Source of the DNA: Diplonema japonicum
Taxonomy: Eukaryota > Protista > Euglenozoa: Diplonemea
Direction of reading: 5' to 3'
Length of the DNA stretch: 64,000 nt
Assembly (NCBI GenBank): GCA_964019335.1
Contig: OZ025728.1
Location: 186,001 to 250,000 of the forward strand
Part shown: positions 11,059 through 21,143 of the stretch, piece by piece
Numbering within the stretch: the stretch's first letter is position 1
Layout of the letters: each line of letters starts with the position of its first letter
Notes under the pieces: model-generated
The model's database searches: none
What the model saw: only the letters and a program-made list of their open reading frames with translations
Told to the model about the DNA's origin: nothing
Made by a program: the position numbers and the translations under genes

Positions 11059-12651
11059 CTAGAAATGAACGGGCACCGCATCAGCAATAGGAGAGATCAG
11101 TGCAGACGGTGTCAAGTTAGATGCGGTGTTGCCATCATTGTTCCTCAAGTTAACATCAGCTCCCTTCTCGACCAAGAGGGATGCACACATTTTGTCCCCC
11201 CTCCAAGAAGCGTAGTGAAGTGCGGTGTTGCCATCACTGTTCTGTAAGTTAACATTAGCTCCCTTCTCGACCAAGTAGAAAACACACTCCTTGTGTCCAC
11301 CCATTGCGGCGTAGTAAAGTGCGGTGTTGCCATCACTGTCCTGCGAGTCTACATCAGATCCCTTCTCGACCAAGAGGGAAGCACAGTCCTTGTGTCCACC
11401 CTTTGCGGCAATGTGAAGTGCGGTCTTGCCATCACTGCCATTCAACTTAACATCAGCTCCCCTCTCGACCAAGAGGGAAGCACACCCCTTGTGTCCACCC
11501 ATTGCGGCGTAGTAAAGTGCGCTTCTACCATCACTGTTCGTCAGATTAACCTCAGCCTTCTCGACCAAGATGGAAGCACACTCTGTGTCACCACCTATTG
11601 CGGCAATGTGAAGTGCGGTGTTGCCAACACTGTTCTGCACGTTAACATCAGCTCCCTTCTCGACTAAGTAAGAAGCACTCCCCTCGTCCCCATCAATGGC
11701 CAGGTGCGGTGCAGTGCTCCTCGTGTAAGCCCCTTGCTTTACCAAGTAGTCCTTGATTCTTGAATAAGCAGCCTTGTGAAGTGCGGTGTTGCCATCATTG
11801 TTCTGCAAGTTAACATCAGTTCCCTTCTCGACCAAGAGGGATGCACACGCCTTGTGTCCCTTCGAAGCGGCGATGTGAAGTGCGGTGTTGCCATCCTTGT
11901 TCTGCAAGTTAACATCGGCTTTGTTCTGGACCAAGTGGGAAACACACTTCAATTCTTCGTTTAGAACGGCAATGTGAAGTGCGGTGTTGCCATCATTGTT
12001 CTGCAAGCTAACATCAGTTCCCTTCTCGACCAAGAGGGATGCACAGTCCCAGTATCTCTCCAAAACGGCGGCTTGAAGTGCAGTGTTGCCTTCCTTGTTC
12101 TGCAAGCTAACATCGGCTTTGTTCTGGACCAAGAGGGAAACACAATTTAATTCTCTCTTAAGTACGGCGATGTGAAGTGCGGTGTTGCCATCATTGTTCT
12201 GCAAGTCAACAACAGCTTTGTTCTGGACCAAGTGGGGAACACACATTGATCTTTTGTAAAGAACGGCGATGTGAAGTGCGGTGTTGCCATCATTGTTCTG
12301 CAAGCTAACGTCAGCTCCCTTCTCGACCAAGAGGGAAACACACTCCTCGCATCCCTTCATAGCAGCTACGTGCAGTGCGGTGTTGAGGTCACCATCAATG
12401 TTCTGCAAGTCGACGTTCAGCACGTTAACATCCGCCCCTTTCCTGACCAAGCAGAAAACGCACTCCAAGTATTCTTCAGCTGAGCAACTAAAAGCTGGAG
12501 CGGGTTCGCAAGCTACTCGAAGCTCGGAAACGTAGTAGCCTCGTTGATCGCTGTCGAAATCGTTGCCTCGATAAGGAGCGTTGCCAGGCTTGGCCTTCTC
12601 TTGACGGTTTTTAGAATCGAGATACTTCAAAGCCTCGTCCAAGCGGCCCAT
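11059..12651 (-). CDS. Ankyrin repeat protein (~13 repeats)
   Basis: Tandem 33-aa GNTALHxA..LLVEKGADVNLQN repeats. The ATG at 12651 follows a pyrimidine-rich CAG. Confidence 0.92.
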   Translation of the reverse strand: MGRLDEALKYLDSKNRQEKAKPGNAPYRGNDFDSDQRGYYVSELRVACEPAPAFSCSAEEYLECVFCLVRKGADVNVLNVDLQNIDGDLNTALHVAAMKGCEECVSLLVEKGADVSLQNNDGNTALHIAVLYKRSMCVPHLVQNKAVVDLQNNDGNTALHIAVLKRELNCVSLLVQNKADVSLQNKEGNTALQAAVLERYWDCASLLVEKGTDVSLQNNDGNTALHIAVLNEELKCVSHLVQNKADVNLQNKDGNTALHIAASKGHKACASLLVEKGTDVNLQNNDGNTALHKAAYSRIKDYLVKQGAYTRSTAPHLAIDGDEGSASYLVEKGADVNVQNSVGNTALHIAAIGGDTECASILVEKAEVNLTNSDGRSALYYAAMGGHKGCASLLVERGADVKLNGSDGKTALHIAAKGGHKDCASLLVEKGSDVDSQDSDGNTALYYAAMGGHKECVFYLVEKGANVNLQNSDGNTALHYASWRGDKMCASLLVEKGADVNLRNNDGNTASNLTPSALISPIADAVPVHF

Positions 12652-12959
12652 TTTCACCTGTGATAAGAGAGTGAGTTGCGGCTAGGGGTTATGCAAAGAG
12701 GAAAGAAACTTACACCCCCCCCCCCCCCCCCATAATTTCTGGAAGATGTTGTGATTACCATCAATATTCTGCAATTTACATCTTCGTTTTTTCCCCATTT
12801 TTTTTTCACCACTACCGGAATCGGTGTGGAAAAATAGGCGTTTGCCAGGCATGTATGACCGTGCAGGTGTTCTCTTCCCACAAGCTTTGCTGGTTGTGTG
12901 GCATTTTACACTTTTTTCTTTCTCTTTTTATTTTTTTAAAATCACGTTATCGGGGGTGG

Positions 12960-15771
12960 CTGAAATGGTTTTAAGTTAGGATGAAGAAGCGAAGAAATAG
13001 ATAAAAAGGGGTGGGAAAGAATAAATACTGCATACGAAAACAGAGAGTCGAGTAAAAAAGGGAAAAGGTGACTGACATCCTCAAGAGGAGCCTCCCACGT
13101 ACCAGGAATTAAGCAGAGGTTGCTTCCATGGCCCGTATCAGTCTATCGCCAGAAAGAATAATGAAAATAACATAACAAAGAGAAGGGGAGAAGAAACGGA
13201 AAAAGACGGCTTGGTCATCAGAGAATGTTGACCCAAATGCGTCGGCGGACGCAGTTTAACGTCATACCCGGGACGGAAACCATGTTGGGAAAGCAGAAGG
13301 GAAGTTAAGAGTCAAGAAGTGGAAAAGGAAAAGGTGGAAACTAAAATCATAGGGTGCGAGGTCTGTGAGAACCTGCATAGCCTATCGCCCTCGTAGCACG
13401 CCGGGCCGGCACTCCTACATTGCGTAGGGTCGTCTCCAGTAGTTCCTAGTTGTAGGAGTTCAGCACAGTCGACCACTGTGACTCGCTGTAGTAGAGGGTC
13501 CCTGCCCCCACGAAGTCAGCGAGTAGGGCTGCCACAGTCGGATACGACTTGTCCTTGAACCCTTGGGTCTGCAACCGAAAGCCCTGTTCCTGGCGGGAAG
13601 CGTAGAGCCACGTCGAGTCATAACAGACCAGCAGACACGGGATCGCGACGCGTGTGTCGAGGGGGACCGTGACCATGGGGGTCTCACCCAGGAAGTGTGT
13701 GCAAGCCCTGGACATGCAGCTGAGGTCAAAGACGGCCTCGCCCTGGGAAAGGAAGCCCAGGTGTCGAAGCTCATCCAGGTCCTCAGGGCCGTCGACGTCT
13801 GCTTCCCTGGTGAGCCTCTTAAGGGCGACAAGTCCAGTGACTCTGGTGTTCGGCCTCGTCGCGGCGAGATCCCGTTTGGCCGCGGGAAGGGCGGGGCCGT
13901 CTTCGGGTTCCGGGCGTTTGTTCCTCTGCCCGTTGTAGGTGAGCAGGAGAGGGGTCCTCCCTGGAGTCCTAGTCTCGTCACCTCTTGGGGCCTCGGAACC
14001 GAAGAGTGGGTGTTTCCAGCCGCCTTGGGCGAAGAACTCCGACCACCACTGTTGCTGTACCGCGGTGTTCAGCCCCGAGTGCCATTCGTGAGACAACCGA
14101 AGACGTTCGGTGGTAGGCAACGCCTTGTGCGCAATCAGAAGAAGCTGTTCCTGGTTGGCGACGGTTGCCTGTTGGTCGGCAGTTCTATCCGTGTCACGGG
14201 CCTCGAGCAGCAGTTGATGTGGAGAGGTGTCCAGGTGCATCGGGAGGGGACCGACCGACAGGAGCTGACGCTGGTGTTCGTCCAAGAGCTCCGGGTGTCG
14301 CCGGAAGTAGACCAAGAGACTGAGGTATCGATCCATCCGTCTCTGGAGGGCCCTTCGGTTGAGGGCTTCCTGATCAAAACCCTGTGACTGCTCGCGCAGG
14401 ATGAGAAGATCCCCATCGCCTGTGGAGGAACTCTTACCACGACGGCTTTCGTGCTCGTAAGCAGTGCCGTCGTGCTTCTTCTTGCGCGAGGGTCTGTCCG
14501 GGGAGTCCTGCGTGAGGTCGATCATTTCTAAACCACCATCCGCCTGGTGAGGGTCTAGGGGAGCGTCTGCCTCGGCTCGGGCCACGGGCGGCTCCAGGGT
14601 CAGCGTCGTGTCTCTCTGGGCGTTGACCACCGGTTGAAGCGTCGCGTGTCCCATGGCGGGAGCCATCGGCGTATCCATCCCGAGTCCGATGTTCTCATGG
14701 ACGGACTGGATGCAAGGAGTGAGCTGTACCTGGCGGGCGCCGAGGGGGGCGTCTGCCAGAACGGGCGTTGTCACGGCTCGGGCGAGCGATGACTCCACAG
14801 CCGACGTTGTCACAATCTGGGAGCCGACCACTGGTTGGAGTGTCGCGTGTCCCATGGTAGACGACGGCATCGGTGTGTCACTCCCGTGTCCGGTGTCCCG
14901 ACGGGTGGACTGAGTGCAGGCCGCGAGCTGGGTGGATGACACGTCCGTTGGCGGTGGAAGGCATGGTGTCAACCGAGGCTCAGTAACCGGCCGCCTCGAC
15001 AGGGTCGCGCGGGGCGTCGGAATTTCGACAGACTTCGTAAGTCTGACCGCCGCGGCCGAGGGCGACCCCAGTCCGGCGTCCATCGGGGGCAGTCTACTGC
15101 TGGGAGGATCCGTCTGGAGCGTCGATGATATCGAGAACAGTACAGGTGCTGTGACACGGTCCGTCTGACAGGTTGCGACTGCTGTCTGTGGTGTAGACTT
15201 GTGCAGACTCGAGACCTTCAGGAAGAGCGGGACAGTTCCGACCACGTTAGTCTGGCTTGCCGTAGACGTGGTGGTGACAGAGCATCCGGTGTGCACGGCT
15301 CGCGCGGCCACGGCGGCAGCTAGGGCTACGATGGCGGTGGCGACGGGCCGCCCGAAGTGAGCGGTGTGCGCATCCACACCTGATGCGGCGACTCCTGTGT
15401 CGACCCGCCGGGTGCGTGCGGCATATGTAGCTATAGCTGCAGCTAGGGTGACATAAGTTAGGAGGGTGCGATCTTCCGGGGTGTTGAGAGCGGTCTCAGT
15501 CTTTCGCGCGCTCGAGTCGCTTACCTGGGGTGCCGCCGGGGTGATGACCGGCTCAAACTGGCGAAACTCAGCCTCAGGGTCTAGAACACGTGTGTTGTGT
15601 TTCCTGCCTGGGGTTGTCCTGGCCCACACATCGTCTGGGATGCAGAGGATGTTGTGTTCGGAGTATGTCGCGCAGATGTGTTTGAGGCTCTGGAGCCTTA
15701 GCCGTACGTCGGTGTCTTTGACCATGTACCTTCCCTTCTTCCTGAGAGCGATGAACCAGTGGCCGCTGAGA
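12960..15771 (-). mobile_element. PLE-A 5'-truncated copy with intact 3' end (ORF stop at 13446)
   Basis: 13960-15771 matches 42930-44741. It continues to ...STVLNSYN* and a 3' UTR ending ...CATTTCAG. Confidence 0.9.
13387..13431 (-). promoter_or_regulatory. Conserved RNA motif at the PLE stop codon
   Basis: Shared by A and B, with a covarying GCAA-loop hairpin. Confidence 0.55.
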
Positions 15772-15857
15772 GTCCGGATAAAAGACCCCCAACCCAAAAT
15801 AACGTAGGATCAGGGGGGGTTTGCTACAGGCTTCCCCAAGCCCCATAGGCGGGCGCG

Positions 15858-16804
15858 GCCCTGCCGACCCTGCAGAGGCTTACCCAAGCCCTGTACCGTA
15901 GGGGCGCATATATAGGGGTGATCTTAGGGGTACGGGCGCATATATAGGGGTGATCTTAGGGGTACGGGCGCATATATAGGGGTGATCTAAGATCACCCCT
16001 AAAAATCTTAGGGGCGCATAAAAAGGGGTGATCTTAGGGGTACAGGGCTTACCCAAGCCCTGTACCGTAGGGGCGCATATATAGGGGTGATCTTAGGGGT
16101 ACGGGCGCATATATAGGGGTGATCTTAGGGGTACGGGCGCATATATAGGGGTGATCTTAGGGGTACGGGCGCATATATAGGGGTGATCTTAGGGGTACGG
16201 GCGCATATATAGGGGTGATCTTAGGGGTACGGGCGCATATATAGGGGTGATCTTAGGGGTACGGGCGCATATATAGGGGTGATCTTAGGGGTACGGGCGC
16301 ATATATAGGGGTGATCTTAGGGGTACGGGCGCATATATAGGGGTGATCTTAGGGGTACGGGCGCATATATAGGGGTGATCTTAGGGGTACGGGCGCATAT
16401 ATAGGGGTGATCTTAGGGGTACGGGCGCATATATAGGGGTGATCTTAGGGGTACGGGCGCATATATAGGGGTGATCTAAGATCACCCCTAAAAATCTTAG
16501 GGGCGCATAAAAAGGGGTGATCTTAGGGGTACAGGGCTTACCCAAGCCCTGTACCGTAGGGGCGCATATATAGGGGTGATCTTAGGGGTACGGGCGCATA
16601 TATAGGGGTGATCTTAGGGGTACGGGCGCATATATAGGGGTGATCTAAGATCACCCCTAAAAATCTTAGGGGCGCATAAAAAGGGGTGATCTTAGGGGTA
16701 CAGGGCTTACCCAAGCCCTGTACCCCTAAGATCACCCCTATATGCGGAAAATCACCCCTATATATGCGGAAGATGACCACGCCCTGCCGACCCTGCAGAG
16801 GCTT
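15858..16804. repeat. 32-bp G-rich tandem satellite with higher-order structure
   Basis: Unit ggggtgatcttaggggtacgggcgcatatata; three blocks; flanked by a 24-bp direct repeat. Confidence 0.95.
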
Positions 16805-16870
16805 CCCTGAGCCCGTTGTAGTAACCCAACGTGCGTAGGGAGTGGACAGAGTCTACCGAAGCAGCTGGAA

Positions 16871-18073
16871 TTTTTTTTTTTTTAAATTCCACTTCCTTTT
16901 CGACTTGCTAAGGCCGTACCCACTAGGTGGCTGAAATGGTTTTAAGTTAGGATGAAGAAGCGAAGAAATAGATAAAAAGAACCCACTAGGTGGGTTGGAA
17001 GTGTCTCGAGACGCTCACCCGGTTGCCCGAGTACTCATGACCGTACTGGTGTTCTCTTTCCACAAGCTTTGCTGGTTGTTTGGCACTTTACACTTTTTTT
17101 TTTTGGCTACTGCGGGTGCCGGACCTCAGTATCCTCTTTTTTTTTTTTTTTATCACGTTATAGGGGTGGGGGTAAACCTGTTCTGGGGGGCTTTTTTATT
17201 TTCACTGCTGCGTCTGTCTCGTCGGCTGCTGTAGTGGGGAGGTTGGTGGTGTTCTCTGTTTCTGCGAGAAACAGGATTGGGGATCTGGGATGGGATCTCG
17301 GGATTCTGAATGAATCTTTAGTGCCTCAGCCGCCTTCTGATTGGCTTGCTACTTCGGCAGGTTAGTTGGTTGTTGTGGAGTTGTTGCGGAGGGGGGCAGG
17401 TCCCCGGTATCTTCGAGATATTGGATTGCTTTTCGTGGGTTCTCCACAAGGATGTGTCTCAGCGTCAGGGTGTCGAAGTGTTTGTCCCTGCTTGCTTTGG
17501 ATGACGGACAGTCTAGGAAGAGATGTTGGAGGGTTCGCTTCGTGTTGGGGCCACACTTTACGCAAATTCGCTGCTCGGCGTATCCTACCTTCAGCAGGTC
17601 ATGGTGCCCAGTCTTCAGCTGGTTGATCAGCACCTCTTCCTTCCTGTTCAGCCCTTCCATCTTTTGGGTGCTTCCGTTCTACCTGCCCACTTATTGTATG
17701 TCTTTTCCTTATTTAGCCTTGCTAATATTTCCTGCTTTCCGGTTTTTCTTATGTAGTTCTTCGCTGCACCCATGCTGATCTTCTGTGTTGCTTCCTTGTC
17801 TCTGCCGTTGCTGGCGAGTTGGTCTGCCTTCTCGTTTCCTTCTATTCCGCAGTGGCCTGGGATAAAGCAGCATGTGAGGTGGTTTCCTCTCGTTGTCAGT
17901 GCGTGTATGTTGTGCCATGCCTCGACCACCATGTCTTCTTGTTGCTTTGCGGGACCTTGCTTAAGCTTTTGCAGGCACGCCATAGAGTCTGTCAGCAGGT
18001 TGATCTGCGCCCCTTGCGTGTCCTCCTTCACGAGCCTCGCTAGCGCCGTGTTGATGGCGTTCATCTCTGCTTG
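16871..18073 (-). mobile_element. RNase H LINE 3' fragment (frameshifted), followed by PLE-B sequence 18074-18548
   Basis: Near-identical to 35505-37118, including the LINE/PLE junction. Confidence 0.85.
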
Positions 18074-19302
18074 AAAACTCTGTCTGAGTCCGGACCAGGT
18101 GAAGGGACCGGGTCATCATTGGGGGTGAGGCTAGCTGCAGGGGTCTGGCTCAAACAGGGGCCTGAAACCGGTGGCATTACCTCGTCCTGCGCTCCCTTGA
18201 TGCAAGCGTGGACGTCGAACGCTTTTGGTCTGCCGCCGTTTTGCTCCCTTAAGGTCCTTGCTCTGGCCCAGCTTTCTTCGGTGATACCCAGGATGTTCTG
18301 TTCGTCATACATACGTAGGACCTGCCTCAGTCCATTGACACGGTGTTCTTCCTCGTCTGTGTCCATCACGGTGTACCACGACCTGCCGGTTTTGATGGCT
18401 GTAGTCCAGTGGCCCGTCCTGGAGCCTTTCGGCGGGCCGATTACCAGAACTGGGTACCGTCCGCTCTTGACCACGCTCTGCAGCGAGGCCTCTTCGCCAA
18501 GGATCTTTTGGCAGGCAAGGGACAGGGTATCTTGGGAGAAGTCGCCTTATTCTGTGACAATGAAGTCTACGCCCAGTCAAGCCTGGAGACCTGTCCACCT
18601 GTTGTGCCCCAGTGAAGGGCCGAGAGCCATCGGATGACGTGCGGGAACAGCCGCGGGAGTTACTGTTGCCTCAAACCGTTGTCGTAGTACCACCTCAGTG
18701 AGCGGCTTGAGCAAACACCCCTTCTCGAAGGGCCTGTTCCACAAGTGAACACTGAAGTCCACTGGAGTGGTACATTACGTAGGAAAGGGGGTCATTGGTG
18801 CCCTTCAGCAGGACTGTGTTTACCGCGGTGGGCGACCGTCCACGGTGATGAGGGCCCCATGGAGGGGAGAACGGCCCACTGTATAGGCAAGATGGCAGGA
18901 CCGTCGTGCTGACCAAGTGTGCTTTGGTTGGGGCAAAAAAAAAAAAACTCAAAGTGCAGGACAAACCCCCTCATGGAGGGCCGCCCTTGAAAAAAAAAAA
19001 CTTGATGCTTTAAAGGAAGCCGGTGGGGGCACCCTGCACAAGCACCATTCACTTGATTACAGGGGGCGCTCCTCGGCCTAGCTGTAGCTTCTTCTGCGTT
19101 CCGCGTCGAGTCTTTAATGCGTGCGGTGTGCAGCTCAACCCCAGCCGGGTAACCAAGATGGTAACCAAGGCGCCGATTCTGAGCCCGTGTAGTTTGCTGC
19201 CTGTTCGTCATCCAGAGCATCTGCTTCTCCCACTCGGGCGCTACCGGTGATGACCGACGAGGAGGTCAACAGCGAACAACACATCTGATGTACTTCTCTG
19301 AA

Positions 19303-19461
19303 TTTTTTTTTTTTTTAAATTCCACTTCCTTTTCGACTTGCTAAGGCCGTACCCACTAGGTGGGTTGGAAGTGTCTCGAGACGCTCACCCGGTTGCCCGG
19401 GTACTCATGACCGTACTGGTGTTCTCATTCCACAAGCTTTGCTGGTTGTTTGGCACTTTAC

Positions 19462-19496
<35 letters not shown>

Positions 19497-20030
19497 GCTA
19501 CTGTGGGTGCCGGACCTCAGTATCCTTTTTTTTTTTTTTTTTATTATCACGTTATAGGGGTGGGGTAAAACTTGTTCAGGGGGGCTTTTTTATTTTCACT
19601 GCTGCGTCTGTCTCGTCGGCTGCTGTGGTGGGGGGTTGGTAGTGCTCTCTGTTTCTGCGAGAAACAGGATTGGGGATCAGGGATGGGATCTCGGGATTCT
19701 GAATGAATCTTTAGTGCCTCAGCCGCCTTCTGATTGGCTTGCTACTTCGGCAGGTTAGTTGGTTGTTGTGGAGTTGTTGCGGAGGGGGGCAGGTCCCCGG
19801 TGTCTTCGAGGTATTGGATTGCTTTTCGTGGGTTCTCCGCAAGGATGTGTCTCAGCGTCAGGGTGTCGAAGTGTTTGTCCCTGCTTGCTTTGGATGACGG
19901 ACAGTCTAGGAAGAGATGTTGGAGGGTTCGCTTCGTGTTGGGGCCGCACTTCACGCAAATTCGCTGCTCGGCGTAACCCACCTTTAGCAGGTCATGGTGC
20001 CCGGTCTTTAGCTGGTTGATCAGCACTTCC
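19303..20030 (-). mobile_element. RNase H LINE 3' end fragment
   Basis: Same C-terminus (..QQPTNLPK*) and the same stacked poly(A) 3' modules. Confidence 0.85.
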
Positions 20031-20247
20031 TCAAATGAAAAAAAAAAATAGTGGGTAGGAAGTGTCTCGAGGCGCTCACCCGGTTGCCCGGGTACTCATG
20101 ACCGTACTGGTGTTCTCATTCCACAAGCTTTGCTGGTTGTTTGGCTGTTGGGGGGTTTTCTATCTTCTTCACACTGCTGCGTCTGTTCGGTCGGCTGCTG
20201 TGGTGGGGGGTTGCATCTCTGTTTCGGCGAGAAACAGGATCGTCTTC

Positions 20248-20330
20248 CAGGAGGTGCTTCCACTAGGATGTGCTTCCACTAGGAGGTGCTTCCACTTCCA
20301 CTAGGAGGTGCTTCCACTAGGATGTGCTTC
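20248..20330. repeat. Short tandem repeat (agga(g)(g/t)gtgcttccact)
   Basis: About five 15-16 bp units. Confidence 0.8.
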
Positions 20331-21143
20331 AGTACTTATATCCATCTGAAACTTCATAACTTCAACCCTAAAGGGGGTACCGGGACACCGGGTGCCACCC
20401 AAAAACGGGTGTTTTTTTGGCCATTTGTTGTCTTATTAAAATCAACATGCCAGCACATAACGAACGTATTGGGGGCAGCCCAGGGCAGGGGTCGACACCT
20501 GCAGGGGAAACACCGAAGGCTGTTGTAAGAAAGCTCCTCTCTGCATATGAAGACAAAGGATACCACTTATTACATTACAATTGGTATAGCAGTGTTCAGC
20601 TCTTTTCCGCGAGATGAGAGAAGTGGGAATACACTGCTGTGGAACGGTCCGAAAAAACCGGAGGGATCCGCCCGACGTGAGCCATGGAAGCAGGTAGCTG
20701 AAATGATTTTAAGTTAAAATAGAGAAGCGAAAAAATAGATAAAAAGGGGTGGAAAAGAATAAATCCGCCCGACGTGAGCCATGGAAGCAGGTAGCATGAC
20801 ATATCAGAACAAGTCTGGTCTGGTCTACCTTGCTTGGTCGGACAGACGAGACCTGCGCCTTTTATCTACTTTACCTGTACGAAGCAACAGTTTCAAGAAC
20901 ACGTTTCGATAATCCCTCGGGCGAAAGGTCACATACGAACGCTTATTCATTTTGTCAGTTTCGTCGGCGGATTAGTCGGCTCTGTGGTGGGGCGTCTGGT
21001 TGCTTCTTCCCGTGAATTCTGTGCACAATTTCTTCTTTTTCTTTCTACAAAGTAAAGAATTCATACAATCACCTCCGCCACGCCTGCCCCGGTATCGGTA
21101 GCCATTGGTTCACCTCCCTGTACCTCCTCCTGAATAGGTGTGC

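Noticed and set aside
13215-13225. CTGATGA on the element-sense strand as a hammerhead core
   Set aside because: No stem II/GAAA follows, and the heptamer is not conserved in the variant copy near 30305.
13200-13275. SECIS-like ATGA..AAA..GA (some Naiad PLEs encode selenoproteins)
   Set aside because: Spacing is wrong (4 nt between ATGA and AAA), and the A ORF has no in-frame TGA.
15880-16740. CRISPR array or true telomere
   Set aside because: Units are contiguous with no unique spacers, there are no cas genes, and it is not a simple (TTAGGG)n tract.
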